Shown here: positions 38,344-49,456 of the stretch, one piece after another
Layout: the number at the start of each line of letters is the position of its first letter
Numbering within the stretch: the stretch's first letter is position 1
Assembly: GCA_048941015.1 (NCBI GenBank)
Contig: JBHLNZ010000002.1
Location: 32,001 to 96,000, forward strand
DNA: 64,000 bases
Reading direction: 5' to 3'
Origin: Promethearchaeota archaeon
GTDB taxonomy: Archaea; Asgardarchaeota; Lokiarchaeia; Sigyniarchaeales; SOKP01
Notes under the pieces: model-generated
The model's input: only the letters and a program-made list of their open reading frames with translations
What the model was told of the DNA's origin: nothing
Database searches by the model: none
Translations under genes and position numbers: made by a program

Positions 38344-39816
38344 ATGAATATTAATAAAATTGATAGTAATGTATACGAGATTTCGCCAACTACTATAATG
38401 TCTCGAGTAGGAGGTACAATAGAGAAATTTCAAATGAAAGTTCCAGTTCACATTTATGCTAATGAGTACATTTTAGAAAAAATTAAAAAAGATAGAACTC
38501 TTGAACAAATTAGTAATGTTGCATGTTTGCCAGGAGTTAAAAAACATGCTATTGCATTATCTGATGCTCATCAAGGATATGGTTTTTGTATTGGAGGTGT
38601 GGCAGGTACAGACGCGGAGGATGGAATGATCTCTCCTGGGGGAGTTGGTTATGATATAAACTGTGGTGTAAGACTTTTAAGAACAAATTTAATGCTAAAT
38701 GATGTGAATGCGACACTTTCAAATCTATTGAATTCAATATTTAAAAATATCCCTTCTGGTTTAGGTTCAAAAGGTAAATTAAATATAAGTTATTCAGATC
38801 TTGACAAAGTTTTAAATAGTGGAATGAATTGGGCTCTTGAGAATGATTATGCTGTTGAAGAAGATCTCCAACATTGTGAAGAAAGAGGATGTTTAAAAGA
38901 AGCTAATGCAGACTTAATCTCTATTAAGGCAAAACAGAGAGCTATTAAACAATTGGGTTCTTTAGGGAGTGGAAATCATTTTCTTGAGATTCAAAGAGTC
39001 GATGAGATATATAATGAATTTATAGCCAAAAAGCTTGGAATTTTTGAAAAAGATCAAGTTACAGTAATGGTCCATACTGGATCAAGAGCCCTTGGGCATC
39101 AAGTTTGTACTGATTCTTTACGAAGTATAGAACAAGCGATGAAGAAGTATAATATTAAAGTTCCAGATCGTGAGTTAGCTTCTGTTCCAGCTAATACAAA
39201 AGAAGCTCAAAATTATCTAAGTCAAATGGCATGTGCAGCAAATTTTGGGTTTACTAATCGTCAATTAATAACTCATTGGTTAAGGGAATCTTTTCAGAAC
39301 CATTTTAAGAAGAGTTTTGAAGATTTAGATCTGCATTTAATTTATGGAGTATGCCATAATATTCTTAAAATAGAGGAACATGAAATTAACGGCAAAAAGA
39401 TGAAATTAAATGTACATCGCAAAGGAGCAACAAGAGCTTTCCCTCCCGATCATCCTGTTCTTACTCAAGATTATAAAAGTATCGGACAACCTGTTTTAAT
39501 TCCTGGTACTATGGGTTCAGCATCATATTTATGTGTTGGTAAGCTCAAAGCTATGGATTTATCATTTGGATCTACAGCCCATGGATCTGGGCGTGTGATG
39601 TCAAGATCTAAAGCAACTAAACGTTATTGGGGCGCAAAAGTAAAGGAAGAATTGGGGAGCAGGGGAATACTAGTTAAAGCAGCATCTATGAAAGTAATAG
39701 CTGAAGAGGCTCCTGGAGCTTATAAGGATATTGATCAGGTAGTTCAGGTAAGTCATGACCTTGATATAATTGAAAAGGTTGTAAGACTTGTTCCCGTTGG
39801 AGTCGTAAAAGGTTAA
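38344..39816 (+). CDS. rtcB: tRNA-splicing ligase RtcB
   Basis: DAHQGYGF, GVGYDINCG, GSGNHFLE, HTGSR, HRKGAT, HGSGR, EEAPGAYK. Confidence 0.97.
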   Translation: MNINKIDSNVYEISPTTIMSRVGGTIEKFQMKVPVHIYANEYILEKIKKDRTLEQISNVACLPGVKKHAIALSDAHQGYGFCIGGVAGTDAEDGMISPGGVGYDINCGVRLLRTNLMLNDVNATLSNLLNSIFKNIPSGLGSKGKLNISYSDLDKVLNSGMNWALENDYAVEEDLQHCEERGCLKEANADLISIKAKQRAIKQLGSLGSGNHFLEIQRVDEIYNEFIAKKLGIFEKDQVTVMVHTGSRALGHQVCTDSLRSIEQAMKKYNIKVPDRELASVPANTKEAQNYLSQMACAANFGFTNRQLITHWLRESFQNHFKKSFEDLDLHLIYGVCHNILKIEEHEINGKKMKLNVHRKGATRAFPPDHPVLTQDYKSIGQPVLIPGTMGSASYLCVGKLKAMDLSFGSTAHGSGRVMSRSKATKRYWGAKVKEELGSRGILVKAASMKVIAEEAPGAYKDIDQVVQVSHDLDIIEKVVRLVPVGVVKG

Positions 39817-39829
39817 AGTCTTCTCATTT

Positions 39830-40267
39830 TTATATATCAAAAACGACATTTATTTCAATCTCCTTCTTTTTTTCTTCTATTGACATGTAAGAATAAGTAA
39901 TAGCTTTCACTTCAGTTCCAATCTCATGTTTCTGTTTATCAAATTTTTCTCCTTTCATAATTGCTTCTAATTCATATTTTTCGTTTAAGCGTTTGATTTT
40001 TAAAACATTTATATAGCAAAAAATAAGTTCTTCAACATCAAATATAAAAAGAAATTCAGAGAGAAAATCAAATAAAAGAGCTTCTTTATCCTCAGCTTTA
40101 ATTCTTATCCGTTTTTCAATCGAGGGGGTAATATTTTCTAATTTTGGCGATATTGTAGCCATTAAACTATATGCGGTCTGAGAAAAAGCTTCTTCAAGGG
40201 TAGATCCCCAACTTTTAACTTGAACGTCTGCAGTATGCTCTTTAAATTCATAACCTGCGTTTTTCAT
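39830..40267 (-). CDS. Archease (RtcB cofactor)
   Basis: EHTADV, EVKAITY, C-terminal FDI. Confidence 0.93.
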   Translation of the reverse strand: MKNAGYEFKEHTADVQVKSWGSTLEEAFSQTAYSLMATISPKLENITPSIEKRIRIKAEDKEALLFDFLSEFLFIFDVEELIFCYINVLKIKRLNEKYELEAIMKGEKFDKQKHEIGTEVKAITYSYMSIEEKKKEIEINVVFDI

Positions 40268-40382
40268 AATGAATTCTCCCTTTTTAATTTAAAGGAAGGT
40301 TATCGTGATAGAATAATTTTATTCATTATTAAAATCATTTTTTTAGGAGTTTATAACTTTTAAGAAAAACCATATATTACTT

Positions 40383-40889
40383 ATGTTAAGTACAATATGT
40401 GATGATATTATTTATTATCAACAAATAAAGTTTCGAAGATTTTATTCAAACCAGGAAATTAAATATTATCAATATTTTATTGAAAAAACGGAAGTTAAAC
40501 CAAAAATAGTGATTCTTATAGATAATTTTGTTTACTTTTTTGTTGATAATAAGAAGTATTTTAAAGCAAAAGCAAAAATCAATGGAATTCGACACCAACT
40601 AGCATCTAAAAAGGTATTAATAATAAGGGCTGAAAATACTTTAATTAGATTATTATTTAGTCTTTTCCAAGATCTTTATATTCATGATTTAAAGATAGAA
40701 ATGAACATCTATACCAGTAAAAAAGTAATAACTGTTTTCTTTTTAAGCTATAAGGATCGAGGTATTGCAGTTGGGAGAAATGGAGACTATATAAAATCGG
40801 TGAATAAGTTATTTGAAGAATTTGTAATTTTTGAATATAATCGAATTCCAATCAAAATAAGATGTGAGGTAATTAAATTATATAATTAA
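40383..40889 (+). CDS. Divergent archaeal NusA-like KH protein
   Basis: Second KH motif DRGIAVGRNGDYIK; the first KH GxxG is absent. Confidence 0.6.
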   Translation: MLSTICDDIIYYQQIKFRRFYSNQEIKYYQYFIEKTEVKPKIVILIDNFVYFFVDNKKYFKAKAKINGIRHQLASKKVLIIRAENTLIRLLFSLFQDLYIHDLKIEMNIYTSKKVITVFFLSYKDRGIAVGRNGDYIKSVNKLFEEFVIFEYNRIPIKIRCEVIKLYN

Positions 40890-41663
40890 TTACCAAGGAA
40901 CTTCTTTTAATCCAGCAAAATATGCTACAGTATTAGCGAAAACCGATACTGCGGGAGTTAGAATTAATAGAAAGATAATTATTTGAACATCAGGAGCAAA
41001 ATAAATATTTGGAATAAATAAAGCAGGAATAGAAGCAAATATTATTGATACAATTACAAAATCTAATTGATCAATTATCCAGAAAGGTTCTCCACTAGCG
41101 ATATTAAATCTTCGCTTAAGGAAAGAGCCTAGGAGGTCCCCAAATGCGGCACCATAAGAACTCAAAATAATCCTTAATATTAGAGAAATTAATCCAATTG
41201 GAAATGGTCCTCCAATGAAATAAAACTCATAGTAAGAAAGTTTAGAATATAACTTATATATTCCCATTTGAGCACCTGTTAATGGGATTTCTTGAATTGC
41301 TGGCCATAATACAATAAACAGTATAAATATAATAAAAGATATCGGAATTCCAATGTATAATGGTCCTTTTAATAAGCCTTTCCATGTTTTATGGTCTCCA
41401 AGAATTCTTCTTCCATCTCGCCAGAGTTTTCCACCATCTATAGGATTCCCCCCACCTACAATAACCATTCCTGCGTTTGATAAATATCCTGGAACTATAA
41501 ATAGTAAACTAAAAATTAATAACGCAATCCAATCAGCCCAACTATAAATTAAGGAAATAGTAATAAAATTTAAGAAGAGTAAAGTTATAAAGGTAATAGT
41601 TAAGATCTTCGCTATTTTAGTATTTCTTCGTTTAAATTTTTCATCAGTTTTATTAGAATCCAT
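40890..41663 (-). CDS. carS: CDP-2,3-bis-(O-geranylgeranyl)-sn-glycerol synthase
   Basis: PIDGG..WRDGRRILGDHKTWKG, GDLLGSFLKRR, DQLDF, LKEVPW. Confidence 0.92.
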   Translation of the reverse strand: MDSNKTDEKFKRRNTKIAKILTITFITLLFLNFITISLIYSWADWIALLIFSLLFIVPGYLSNAGMVIVGGGNPIDGGKLWRDGRRILGDHKTWKGLLKGPLYIGIPISFIIFILFIVLWPAIQEIPLTGAQMGIYKLYSKLSYYEFYFIGGPFPIGLISLILRIILSSYGAAFGDLLGSFLKRRFNIASGEPFWIIDQLDFVIVSIIFASIPALFIPNIYFAPDVQIIIFLLILTPAVSVFANTVAYFAGLKEVPW

Positions 41664-41971
41664 TTTAAAATGACATTTTTATGGAAAAAATTAGTTTAAC
41701 AAAATTTTTTATTAAAATTAAATTTTCTTGATTTAAAAGAACATAATAAAGCCTTAATAATATTGCTTGAGAAATAAATATCTTTTAAAAATCCGACAAT
41801 AATATAATAATATATTAATTAGATCTAAAAAATATGGTGTTGGTAAGGGAATATTAAACCTTTAACACTAAGCATTGCAATAATTTCTAGATTAATAAGA
41901 AACTTTAAATATGTCAATTGCATTGGAAATATTAACTTTTCGTGTGGAAATAAAATTCAAGGTGCTAGTAT

Positions 41972-43291
41972 GTGTTGACCAATCCTAATAATGATAAATA
42001 TTCTTTTAATATTGATCGGTTTTATAGAGATTATTTGAAAGGTCCTAAAATATTTAAGAAACGTGAAGCACTTGATCCTTCGTTTATTCCTGATGAACTA
42101 CCCCATAGAGACCAAGAAATAGGAAAAATTGCAGGGATCACTGCTTGTGCTTTAAAGGGAGATGTCCCTCCGAATTTTATGTGTTATGGGATGACAGGTA
42201 CAGGAAAAACTGCAACAATTCGTTATGTTAGTCAAAAATTAGCCACACACTGTATGAGTGATCCTCCATGGTGGATTTATATAAATTGTAATGTTGTTTC
42301 AACTCCTTATAGAATTTTAGCTCATATTTACAATACTATAGCTGGTAAAGAAAAAATACCTCCTACTGGTTTACCAAAAGACATTATTTTCAAGAAATTA
42401 TTGGGTTTACTTGATATTTATATTAATAATGGTGTCTGTTTTTTAGTTTTAGATGAAATTGATATCCTTATTGAGAAAAAAGGGGGAAATGAGATCTTAT
42501 ATGATTTAACCCGATTAAATGAGAACTTAGATTCATGTAGAACAAGTTTGATAGGAATATCTAATAAATTGAAATTTATGGAATTTTTAGATTCTCGAGT
42601 AACTTCAAGTTTAGGAGATGAGGAACCTATAGTCTTTCATCCTTATAATGCTAAAGAATTAGCAGATATTTTAGAACAAAGAGCAAAGTTAGCATTTCAA
42701 GATAATGTCGTAGAAGAAGGCGTTATTAATTTATGTGCCGGATTAGCCGCTAAAGAACACGGAGATGCAAGAAAAGCTCTTCAATTATTGAGAAAAGCTG
42801 GTGAGATTGCAGAAAGAAATCAACATAAATTCTTAACTGAGTCTGATGTAGAAAAAGCACAAAGAGATATAGATAAGGATCATATTGTAGAATATATTTT
42901 ATCAATGCCATTGCAAGCACAGTTAACATTAACAGCCATAGTATTGATATCAAAATATGAGAAAGAACATATTATTACTTCTGGAGATGTTTACGAGGTT
43001 CATAGTGAACTTGTAAGTAAAATCCCTGGAGTAAAGCAACTGACTCAAAGAAGGATAAGTGACTATATTAATGAATTGTCTTTAGCAGGAATAATTAGCG
43101 CAGAAACAAGATCTATGGGTCATTATGGAAGAACAAAATTAATTAAACTTGATATTGAAAATGATTTAGTATTACGAGTATTAGCTCAAATAGAAAAAAT
43201 ATCTATGAGTGGAATCCTAAATTACAAACCAATCATTTTACAAACTGATAAGGTGAAAGTAAAAAACAATGTTTTTAAAAAATTACTTTAA
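41972..43291 (+). CDS. cdc6: Orc1/Cdc6 replication initiator
   Basis: LPHRD, GMTGTGKT, LDEID, HGDARKAL, C-terminal wHTH with GHYGRT. Confidence 0.95.
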   Translation: MLTNPNNDKYSFNIDRFYRDYLKGPKIFKKREALDPSFIPDELPHRDQEIGKIAGITACALKGDVPPNFMCYGMTGTGKTATIRYVSQKLATHCMSDPPWWIYINCNVVSTPYRILAHIYNTIAGKEKIPPTGLPKDIIFKKLLGLLDIYINNGVCFLVLDEIDILIEKKGGNEILYDLTRLNENLDSCRTSLIGISNKLKFMEFLDSRVTSSLGDEEPIVFHPYNAKELADILEQRAKLAFQDNVVEEGVINLCAGLAAKEHGDARKALQLLRKAGEIAERNQHKFLTESDVEKAQRDIDKDHIVEYILSMPLQAQLTLTAIVLISKYEKEHIITSGDVYEVHSELVSKIPGVKQLTQRRISDYINELSLAGIISAETRSMGHYGRTKLIKLDIENDLVLRVLAQIEKISMSGILNYKPIILQTDKVKVKNNVFKKLL

Positions 43292-43971
43292 CTTAAAAAT
43301 TCCCATTGTTCAATATTTTCAGTTATAGCTTCAAGAAATCTTTTAGCGGCATTTTCATCTTTCTCTTTTAAAAATAAGAATAGTTTTGCTAAATGTTTAC
43401 AAAATTTTTTATTGTCTAATCTTTTAGTTACAAAGTCTTGACAATCATGCTTTAGTGATCTCTTTTTTATATCTATTTCAATTATATAGGGATTTTTTCT
43501 TGAACCGATAATGTGAGCATTAATTTTCCCTTTATTTAAATCAAATAATGACAAATTTATTGAATCATCAGATACATTTACAGCTCTGTTCAAGGTCCCT
43601 TTGTCTAAAAAAGCTTTTAATAAAATGTTATAAGTTGAGGTTTTGTCTTTCTGGAATCTAGCATGGATTTTCTCTGCATTTTTACTTGATTCAATTTTAT
43701 TTAAAATTTCATCTTTCCTTTTTCTTTGCCAATTTTTTAGTATTTTTTCTAATTCAGGAGCAATTGTTAGTATATTATCATCACTTTCAATTATTAAGTT
43801 ATTATCTTGGGCCTCTTTGATATACTTATGAGCCTCGTCAGGAGTGAAAAGCGATAAATCGAATGTAAGTTTATATAACAGTTCCTTTTTTGAAATTTGA
43901 GAATATTCTATTATTTTCCAAACATAAAGTGTCATTTCTTTAAGATTTTTACGAGGGACAGATATCTTCAT
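43288..43971 (-). CDS. Hypothetical protein with C-terminal SWIM-like Zn finger
   Basis: GSRKNPY.IEI...HDCQDF...FCKHL; N-terminal DUF2240-like helix pattern. Confidence 0.65.
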   Translation of the reverse strand: MKISVPRKNLKEMTLYVWKIIEYSQISKKELLYKLTFDLSLFTPDEAHKYIKEAQDNNLIIESDDNILTIAPELEKILKNWQRKRKDEILNKIESSKNAEKIHARFQKDKTSTYNILLKAFLDKGTLNRAVNVSDDSINLSLFDLNKGKINAHIIGSRKNPYIIEIDIKKRSLKHDCQDFVTKRLDNKKFCKHLAKLFLFLKEKDENAAKRFLEAITENIEQWEFLS

Positions 43972-44004
43972 TTCAAAAACATTTGAGCTTTTAAATTTTA
44001 TTAA

Positions 44005-45822
44005 TCATACATTTGATTTTAAATCTAGCTCATATGGTTTCAATGTATTTAATTCTATTATTGGAACTATTCCTGGAGTAGGTTTTATACCAAAACTTCT
44101 CATAAAGTCTGTTTGAGCTTGGAAACATCCTGAATTTATGAGAGTAACGTTTCTATGATAACCTAATCCATTTATATGAATATGTCCTGTATGAAATATA
44201 TCAGGAATATGATCTATTACGAGCCAATCATTTGCAGTTGGAGCAATTTGTGTTTTTTCTCCATAAATAGGTGCTAAATGTCGGCAAATTAGTAATTCTT
44301 TCATAATTTCTGCAGGTTTATTTATATCTAAATCATAAAGTAACATATTCATATCATGCATACTTTCTCCATGATAGACAAGAGTTTTGACGTTATTAGT
44401 CTTAATCATAGATGGATTTCCTAAACATTTTACTCCTAAATTAAGTAATTCTTCACAATACTTTTTTGGAACTGCTGGACGAGCAATTGCATTTCTAACA
44501 GGTTCATGATTTCCTGAAGTATAAAAAATTTGAATATAATCTGGAATTTCATATAATAGTTCAGCGGCTTTTTTATACTGATTGTAAATATCTGAAATAA
44601 CTAAATCTATCTCCTGATTTGGATAGACTCCTATACCATCGACTAAGTCACCATTTATAACGATATACTTAATCTTCCCTGCAATATCTCTTATACTTTT
44701 GTTTCCAATTTTGCCATTTATAAAATCTATAAACCTTTTAAATAATGGTTCTTCAAATTCTTTACTACCAATATGTGTATCAGAAATTAATGCAATAGAT
44801 AAGGGTTCATTAGAAAGAGATGGTTGAAAATCAGCGGGAATATCAATTTTTGTTAAATAATTTGCAAAAATTATCCCTTTTTTTCCTTTATCTCCTGCAT
44901 TATATACACCCTCAACATATAACATTTGGTCATTAACAATTCTTTCAACTTTTTTAACAGTTTCATCTTCTTCTGTACTTTTACGAATTAAAACATTAAT
45001 TACACCCGTGGTATCTTCTAATTCAAATAAGAAATTATTATTCTTAGTCTGATGAATATTAGAGACTAAACCAATAGTAGAAACCTCTGAATTACTATAT
45101 AATCTGAGAATATTATTAATGTTTGTTGCCGTAAGCACATCTGGTCTTTTTCTCATCAGATTATGAAGTTTAGTAAATTTTTGTTTAGTATATTCATAAA
45201 AATCTTCATAGTCTCCAGAGGTATATAATTTACCTGTCGGATCTTTCAAAACTTCATAATTAGAAGCGTAATCCTTAGCAATTGGTTTGAATTTAAGATT
45301 AGATTTTGCTGACCCTATCGGCTTGATTTCTAACTTCCTCTTTATTAAATTTGATTCCTTTTCCTCTAAAATATTATCAAATTTTACAGATTTATTTATA
45401 GCAGATTTTTGATTCTCGACTTCATATGCAAGATTACTTAATTCACTTTTCAATTCTTGTTGAGAACCTTTGATAAGATTTTCTGAAAAAGATTTTACAG
45501 GGCTGTCATATTTTTCACTTAGTGAAGTTTTTGGTTTGAATGATACTCTTTTTAATATTGATTGCAATTTTTCGTTTGAAATTTCCTTTAAAACAGTTCC
45601 AGTTAAATGACTTTTAAAATTAGGAATAAAGCTAGTTTCTTTAATTATTAAATTCAAATTTTCATGAGGATTTTCAAGATTTAGGATAAAATCTAACATT
45701 TCTGGAGTAGCATTTATTCCAGAATTAACTAATGTATTGATTATTTCACGTTTTAAAGATAATTTATCATCCTTCAAAATGCGTTCTTCCAAGCAAAAAT
45801 TATTATATTTATAGAGAAGCAA
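44005..45822 (-). CDS. polB: DNA polymerase D small subunit DP1
   Basis: OB fold ELEDTTG, ISDTHIGS, GDLVDG, GNHE, HLAP, HTGHIH. Confidence 0.93.
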   Translation of the reverse strand: MLLYKYNNFCLEERILKDDKLSLKREIINTLVNSGINATPEMLDFILNLENPHENLNLIIKETSFIPNFKSHLTGTVLKEISNEKLQSILKRVSFKPKTSLSEKYDSPVKSFSENLIKGSQQELKSELSNLAYEVENQKSAINKSVKFDNILEEKESNLIKRKLEIKPIGSAKSNLKFKPIAKDYASNYEVLKDPTGKLYTSGDYEDFYEYTKQKFTKLHNLMRKRPDVLTATNINNILRLYSNSEVSTIGLVSNIHQTKNNNFLFELEDTTGVINVLIRKSTEEDETVKKVERIVNDQMLYVEGVYNAGDKGKKGIIFANYLTKIDIPADFQPSLSNEPLSIALISDTHIGSKEFEEPLFKRFIDFINGKIGNKSIRDIAGKIKYIVINGDLVDGIGVYPNQEIDLVISDIYNQYKKAAELLYEIPDYIQIFYTSGNHEPVRNAIARPAVPKKYCEELLNLGVKCLGNPSMIKTNNVKTLVYHGESMHDMNMLLYDLDINKPAEIMKELLICRHLAPIYGEKTQIAPTANDWLVIDHIPDIFHTGHIHINGLGYHRNVTLINSGCFQAQTDFMRSFGIKPTPGIVPIIELNTLKPYELDLKSNV

Positions 45823-46018
45823 TTTTAAATTATTTATTATTAAACAAAAAACATCTTTCTTTTTTATATGAAAGGAGAGTTAAAGTATCATTATTTCTAA
45901 AAATTGTAAATCTGTTTTGATTAAAAAGTAAAGATTCAATTAGCCTATTAATAATTTAATTTAATATTTTCTGTACAAATTGAATATTAACGATGTAATT
46001 ACTCATTAGTGATTTTTT

Positions 46019-49000
46019 ATGGTACAGCTTAGTCATGAAATGGAACAATATTTTTCAAAGATTCAAAAAATGGTCGATGATTGCTATAATATCGCAGAAG
46101 AAGCTCGATCTAAAGGTATGGATCCTGAACTTTTCGTAGAATCTCCACAAGCCAAGGATTTAGCAGGTAGAGTAGAAAAGTTGGTTGGTCCTGAAGGAGT
46201 CGCAGAAATTATAAGAGATCTTAAGAGGAAAGGAAAATCTGATGATGAAATCGTTTTTCAAGTAGTATCTGATATTTTAGATAAGAAAATTGGAGAGATA
46301 AAACTTCTTGAAGATAGAGTAGAAAGAGCAATAAGAGTAGGTTTAGCAATTAAAACGATGGGAGTAGTAAGTGCTCCTTTGGAAGGTATATCTAAAATTT
46401 TAATTAAAGAGGATCAACAAGGCAATAAATATTTATCATTATACTTTGCTGGACCAATAAGGGCTGCTGGAGGTACAACAGCGGCTCTATGCGTGTTAAT
46501 TGCCGATTATGTAAGAAAGAAGTCAAATATTCCAAAATATGAAGCTACTGAAGGTGAAATTGGAAGATATGTCGAAGAAGTAAAACTGTATGATAGGAGA
46601 GTTCACTTACAATATCCTTCTTCTAATGATGAGATACGTTACGCTGTTCAAAATCTACCAGTGGAGATTAACGGGGATTCGACTGAGGATGAAGAAGTAT
46701 CAGCTTTCAGAAATTTACCAAGGATTGAAACAAATAAAATAAGAGGAGGTGCTTGCCTAGTATTAAATGACGGAATTCTTCTAAAAGCACCAAAGCTTCT
46801 AAAGATAGCTCGAACTATGAGATTAGATGGTTGGGAATGGTTAATAAATCTAAAGAAAATTGCACAAAGCCAAGATAAAATTGATAAATCAGAAGAGAAA
46901 TCTTTTAAGAAAGTAAATAAAATACCACCAAACCCAAAATATATTGCCGATATTATTGCTGGAAGACCTGTTTTCAGTTATCCTTCAAGAATTGGAGGCC
47001 ACCGGATAAGATATGGAAGATCTCGAAATACCGGGCTAGCGGCAGCAGGAATGCATCCTGCTACAATGGCGATATTAGATGATTTTGTTGCAATAGGTAC
47101 TCAACTTAGGATTGAAAGACCGGGAAAAAGTGCAAGTATTTGCCCTGTTGATGCAATTGAGCCCCCTATTGTTAAATTGAATAATGGAAACGTAGTTAAA
47201 GTATCAGATCCTATATTAGCAAAAAAAATTTTCCCCGAAATTAAAAAAATATTATTTTTAGGTGATATATTATTTGCTTTTGGAGAATTTGCTGAAAATA
47301 ATCATAAGCTTGTGCCTTCTGGATATGTAGAGGAATGGTGGGCATTAGATCTGGAGGAAGCAGTGAAAAACGAGAAAGTTTTTAATTCAACTGTTAAAAA
47401 ATTTATAGATCATCCCTTTCAAAACATACCCACAGCTGAAGAAGCAATTTCTCTATCTTTAAAATATCAAGTACCCCTACATCCAAAGTATCTTGATTTT
47501 TGGGGAAATATTGATGGAAAAGAATTAAAAATATTAAGGAATGCTTTAATAGAAGGTTTTATTGAATCTGAAAAGCGTATAGTTCTTGAAAATGATAAAG
47601 TTATAAAAAATATTCTTGAAAAAGCATTTATATGCCACAATGTTGAAGATTCAAAGATATATTTTGATGAAAATACTAATTATACTTTTAGAATAATTTT
47701 TGGCTTGAATAGTAAGGATATTGATGAAATAAATGAAGATGATGATGTTTTTGTAAATTTATATAAAATTTCTAAAATTCAAATAAGAAATAAAGCTCCT
47801 TATTTTATGGGGACTCGTATGGGGCGCCCAGAGAAATCTGAGAGAAAAAGTATGAAAGGTGTACATACTTTATTTCCTTTAAGCGATAAAGTAGGAAGTT
47901 CAAGATTAGTTGAAAAAGCAATTGATTTTGGAAAAATTAAGATTGATATTTGTAGAAAGAAATGTCCCAAATGTGGAAATAAAACTATTTTTAATATATG
48001 TTCTAAATGTGGAACTCATACCGAATTTCAAAAAATATGTACTAATTGTAAAAAATTGTTTCCCAAATTTGAAGAGAAATGTTCGCAATGTGGTAAAGTT
48101 CTAGATTTCTCAACTGAAGCATCATTTAATATTAAAGCACACATTAGTTCCGTGTTAAAGGCATTAAATTTACCTTTACCAAAAAAGTTTAAAGGCATTT
48201 TTGGTTTAACAAATCAATTCAAAGTCCCCGAACCAATAGAAAAAGGCATATTAAGAGCTAAAAATGGTTTACTTGTATATAAAACAGCGGAGATTAGATA
48301 TGATGCTACTGATATTCCTCTTACTCATTTTAAGCCAGAGGAAATCAAACTTTCAGTTAAGAAGGTGAAAGAATTAGGATATAAAAAAGATTATCAGGGT
48401 AATGACATTTTAGAAACTAATCAAATAATTGAGCTTAAAGTTCAAGATATTGTCATCTCCGATGATTGTGCTGAATATTTCGTAAAAGTGGCTAAATTTA
48501 TTGATGAAGAACTAGGACTTTATTATGGCATGCATGCATTTTACCATATCGCAAGTAAAGAAGATCTGATTGGTCGTTTAGCTGTAGGTCTTGCTCCACA
48601 TACAAGTGCAGGAATTATAGGTAGAATTATTGGTTTTACCCCAGCCAGATCAATCTATGCACATCCCTATTGGCACGCGGCAAAAAGAAGAAATTGTGAT
48701 GGTGATGAAGATGGTATTATGCTTCTTTTAGATCCGCTATTAAACTTCTCAAGATATTATCTTCCTAGTAAAATAGGTGGTCGTATGGATGCTACTCTGG
48801 TAATTTCAAGTATTTTAGATCCTAATGAGATTGATGTTGAAGCCCATAATCTTGATACTCATTTTAAATATCCATTAGAATTTTATCAAGCTACTCTTGA
48901 GTTTGAGTCTCCATCAAAGTTGGAGAATATTATGAATTTAGTGAAAAATAGATTGGGAACTTCTGAACAATATGAAAATATTGGTTTTAATATTCCAACA

Positions 49001-49453
49001 AAAGATATTAATGAAGGCCCTTCAATTAGTTCTTATAAAACTTATGAAAATATGGAAGAAAAAATTGATGCGCAATTACATTTAGCAAAAATAATTAACG
49101 CAGTCAAAGCGAAAAAAGTAGCGAAAAAGATATTATCATCTCATTTTAATCCAGATATTCTAGGTAATTTAAGGAAATTTGCTATTCAAGAGTTTAGATG
49201 CGTTAAATGTAATGAAAAGTTCAAAAGACCCCCTCTTTCGAATGGAGGAAAATGTCCTAATTGTGGAAACCGAGTAATCTTAACTGTAAATAAAGGGGGA
49301 ATTGAAAAATACATCCCAAAAGCTGTAAAATTATGCGAAGAGTTCAAATTGGATAACTATACAATTCAGCGGATGGAGTTAACTAGAGAATATGTAGAGA
49401 GCTTGACAAATAATCCAAAAATTAAGCAACAGAAATTGTCGGACTTCTTTTAG
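46019..49453 (+). CDS. polC: DNA polymerase D large subunit DP2
   Basis: GPIRAAGGT, RYGRSRNTG, GTRMGRPEK, catalytic RRNCDGDED, C-terminal PIP-box-like QQKLSDFF. Confidence 0.97.
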   Translation: MVQLSHEMEQYFSKIQKMVDDCYNIAEEARSKGMDPELFVESPQAKDLAGRVEKLVGPEGVAEIIRDLKRKGKSDDEIVFQVVSDILDKKIGEIKLLEDRVERAIRVGLAIKTMGVVSAPLEGISKILIKEDQQGNKYLSLYFAGPIRAAGGTTAALCVLIADYVRKKSNIPKYEATEGEIGRYVEEVKLYDRRVHLQYPSSNDEIRYAVQNLPVEINGDSTEDEEVSAFRNLPRIETNKIRGGACLVLNDGILLKAPKLLKIARTMRLDGWEWLINLKKIAQSQDKIDKSEEKSFKKVNKIPPNPKYIADIIAGRPVFSYPSRIGGHRIRYGRSRNTGLAAAGMHPATMAILDDFVAIGTQLRIERPGKSASICPVDAIEPPIVKLNNGNVVKVSDPILAKKIFPEIKKILFLGDILFAFGEFAENNHKLVPSGYVEEWWALDLEEAVKNEKVFNSTVKKFIDHPFQNIPTAEEAISLSLKYQVPLHPKYLDFWGNIDGKELKILRNALIEGFIESEKRIVLENDKVIKNILEKAFICHNVEDSKIYFDENTNYTFRIIFGLNSKDIDEINEDDDVFVNLYKISKIQIRNKAPYFMGTRMGRPEKSERKSMKGVHTLFPLSDKVGSSRLVEKAIDFGKIKIDICRKKCPKCGNKTIFNICSKCGTHTEFQKICTNCKKLFPKFEEKCSQCGKVLDFSTEASFNIKAHISSVLKALNLPLPKKFKGIFGLTNQFKVPEPIEKGILRAKNGLLVYKTAEIRYDATDIPLTHFKPEEIKLSVKKVKELGYKKDYQGNDILETNQIIELKVQDIVISDDCAEYFVKVAKFIDEELGLYYGMHAFYHIASKEDLIGRLAVGLAPHTSAGIIGRIIGFTPARSIYAHPYWHAAKRRNCDGDEDGIMLLLDPLLNFSRYYLPSKIGGRMDATLVISSILDPNEIDVEAHNLDTHFKYPLEFYQATLEFESPSKLENIMNLVKNRLGTSEQYENIGFNIPTKDINEGPSISSYKTYENMEEKIDAQLHLAKIINAVKAKKVAKKILSSHFNPDILGNLRKFAIQEFRCVKCNEKFKRPPLSNGGKCPNCGNRVILTVNKGGIEKYIPKAVKLCEEFKLDNYTIQRMELTREYVESLTNNPKIKQQKLSDFF

Positions 49454-49456
49454 AAA

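Noticed and set aside
38344-49453. Inteins in RtcB, Cdc6 or DP2
   Set aside because: Protein lengths and motif continuity are normal
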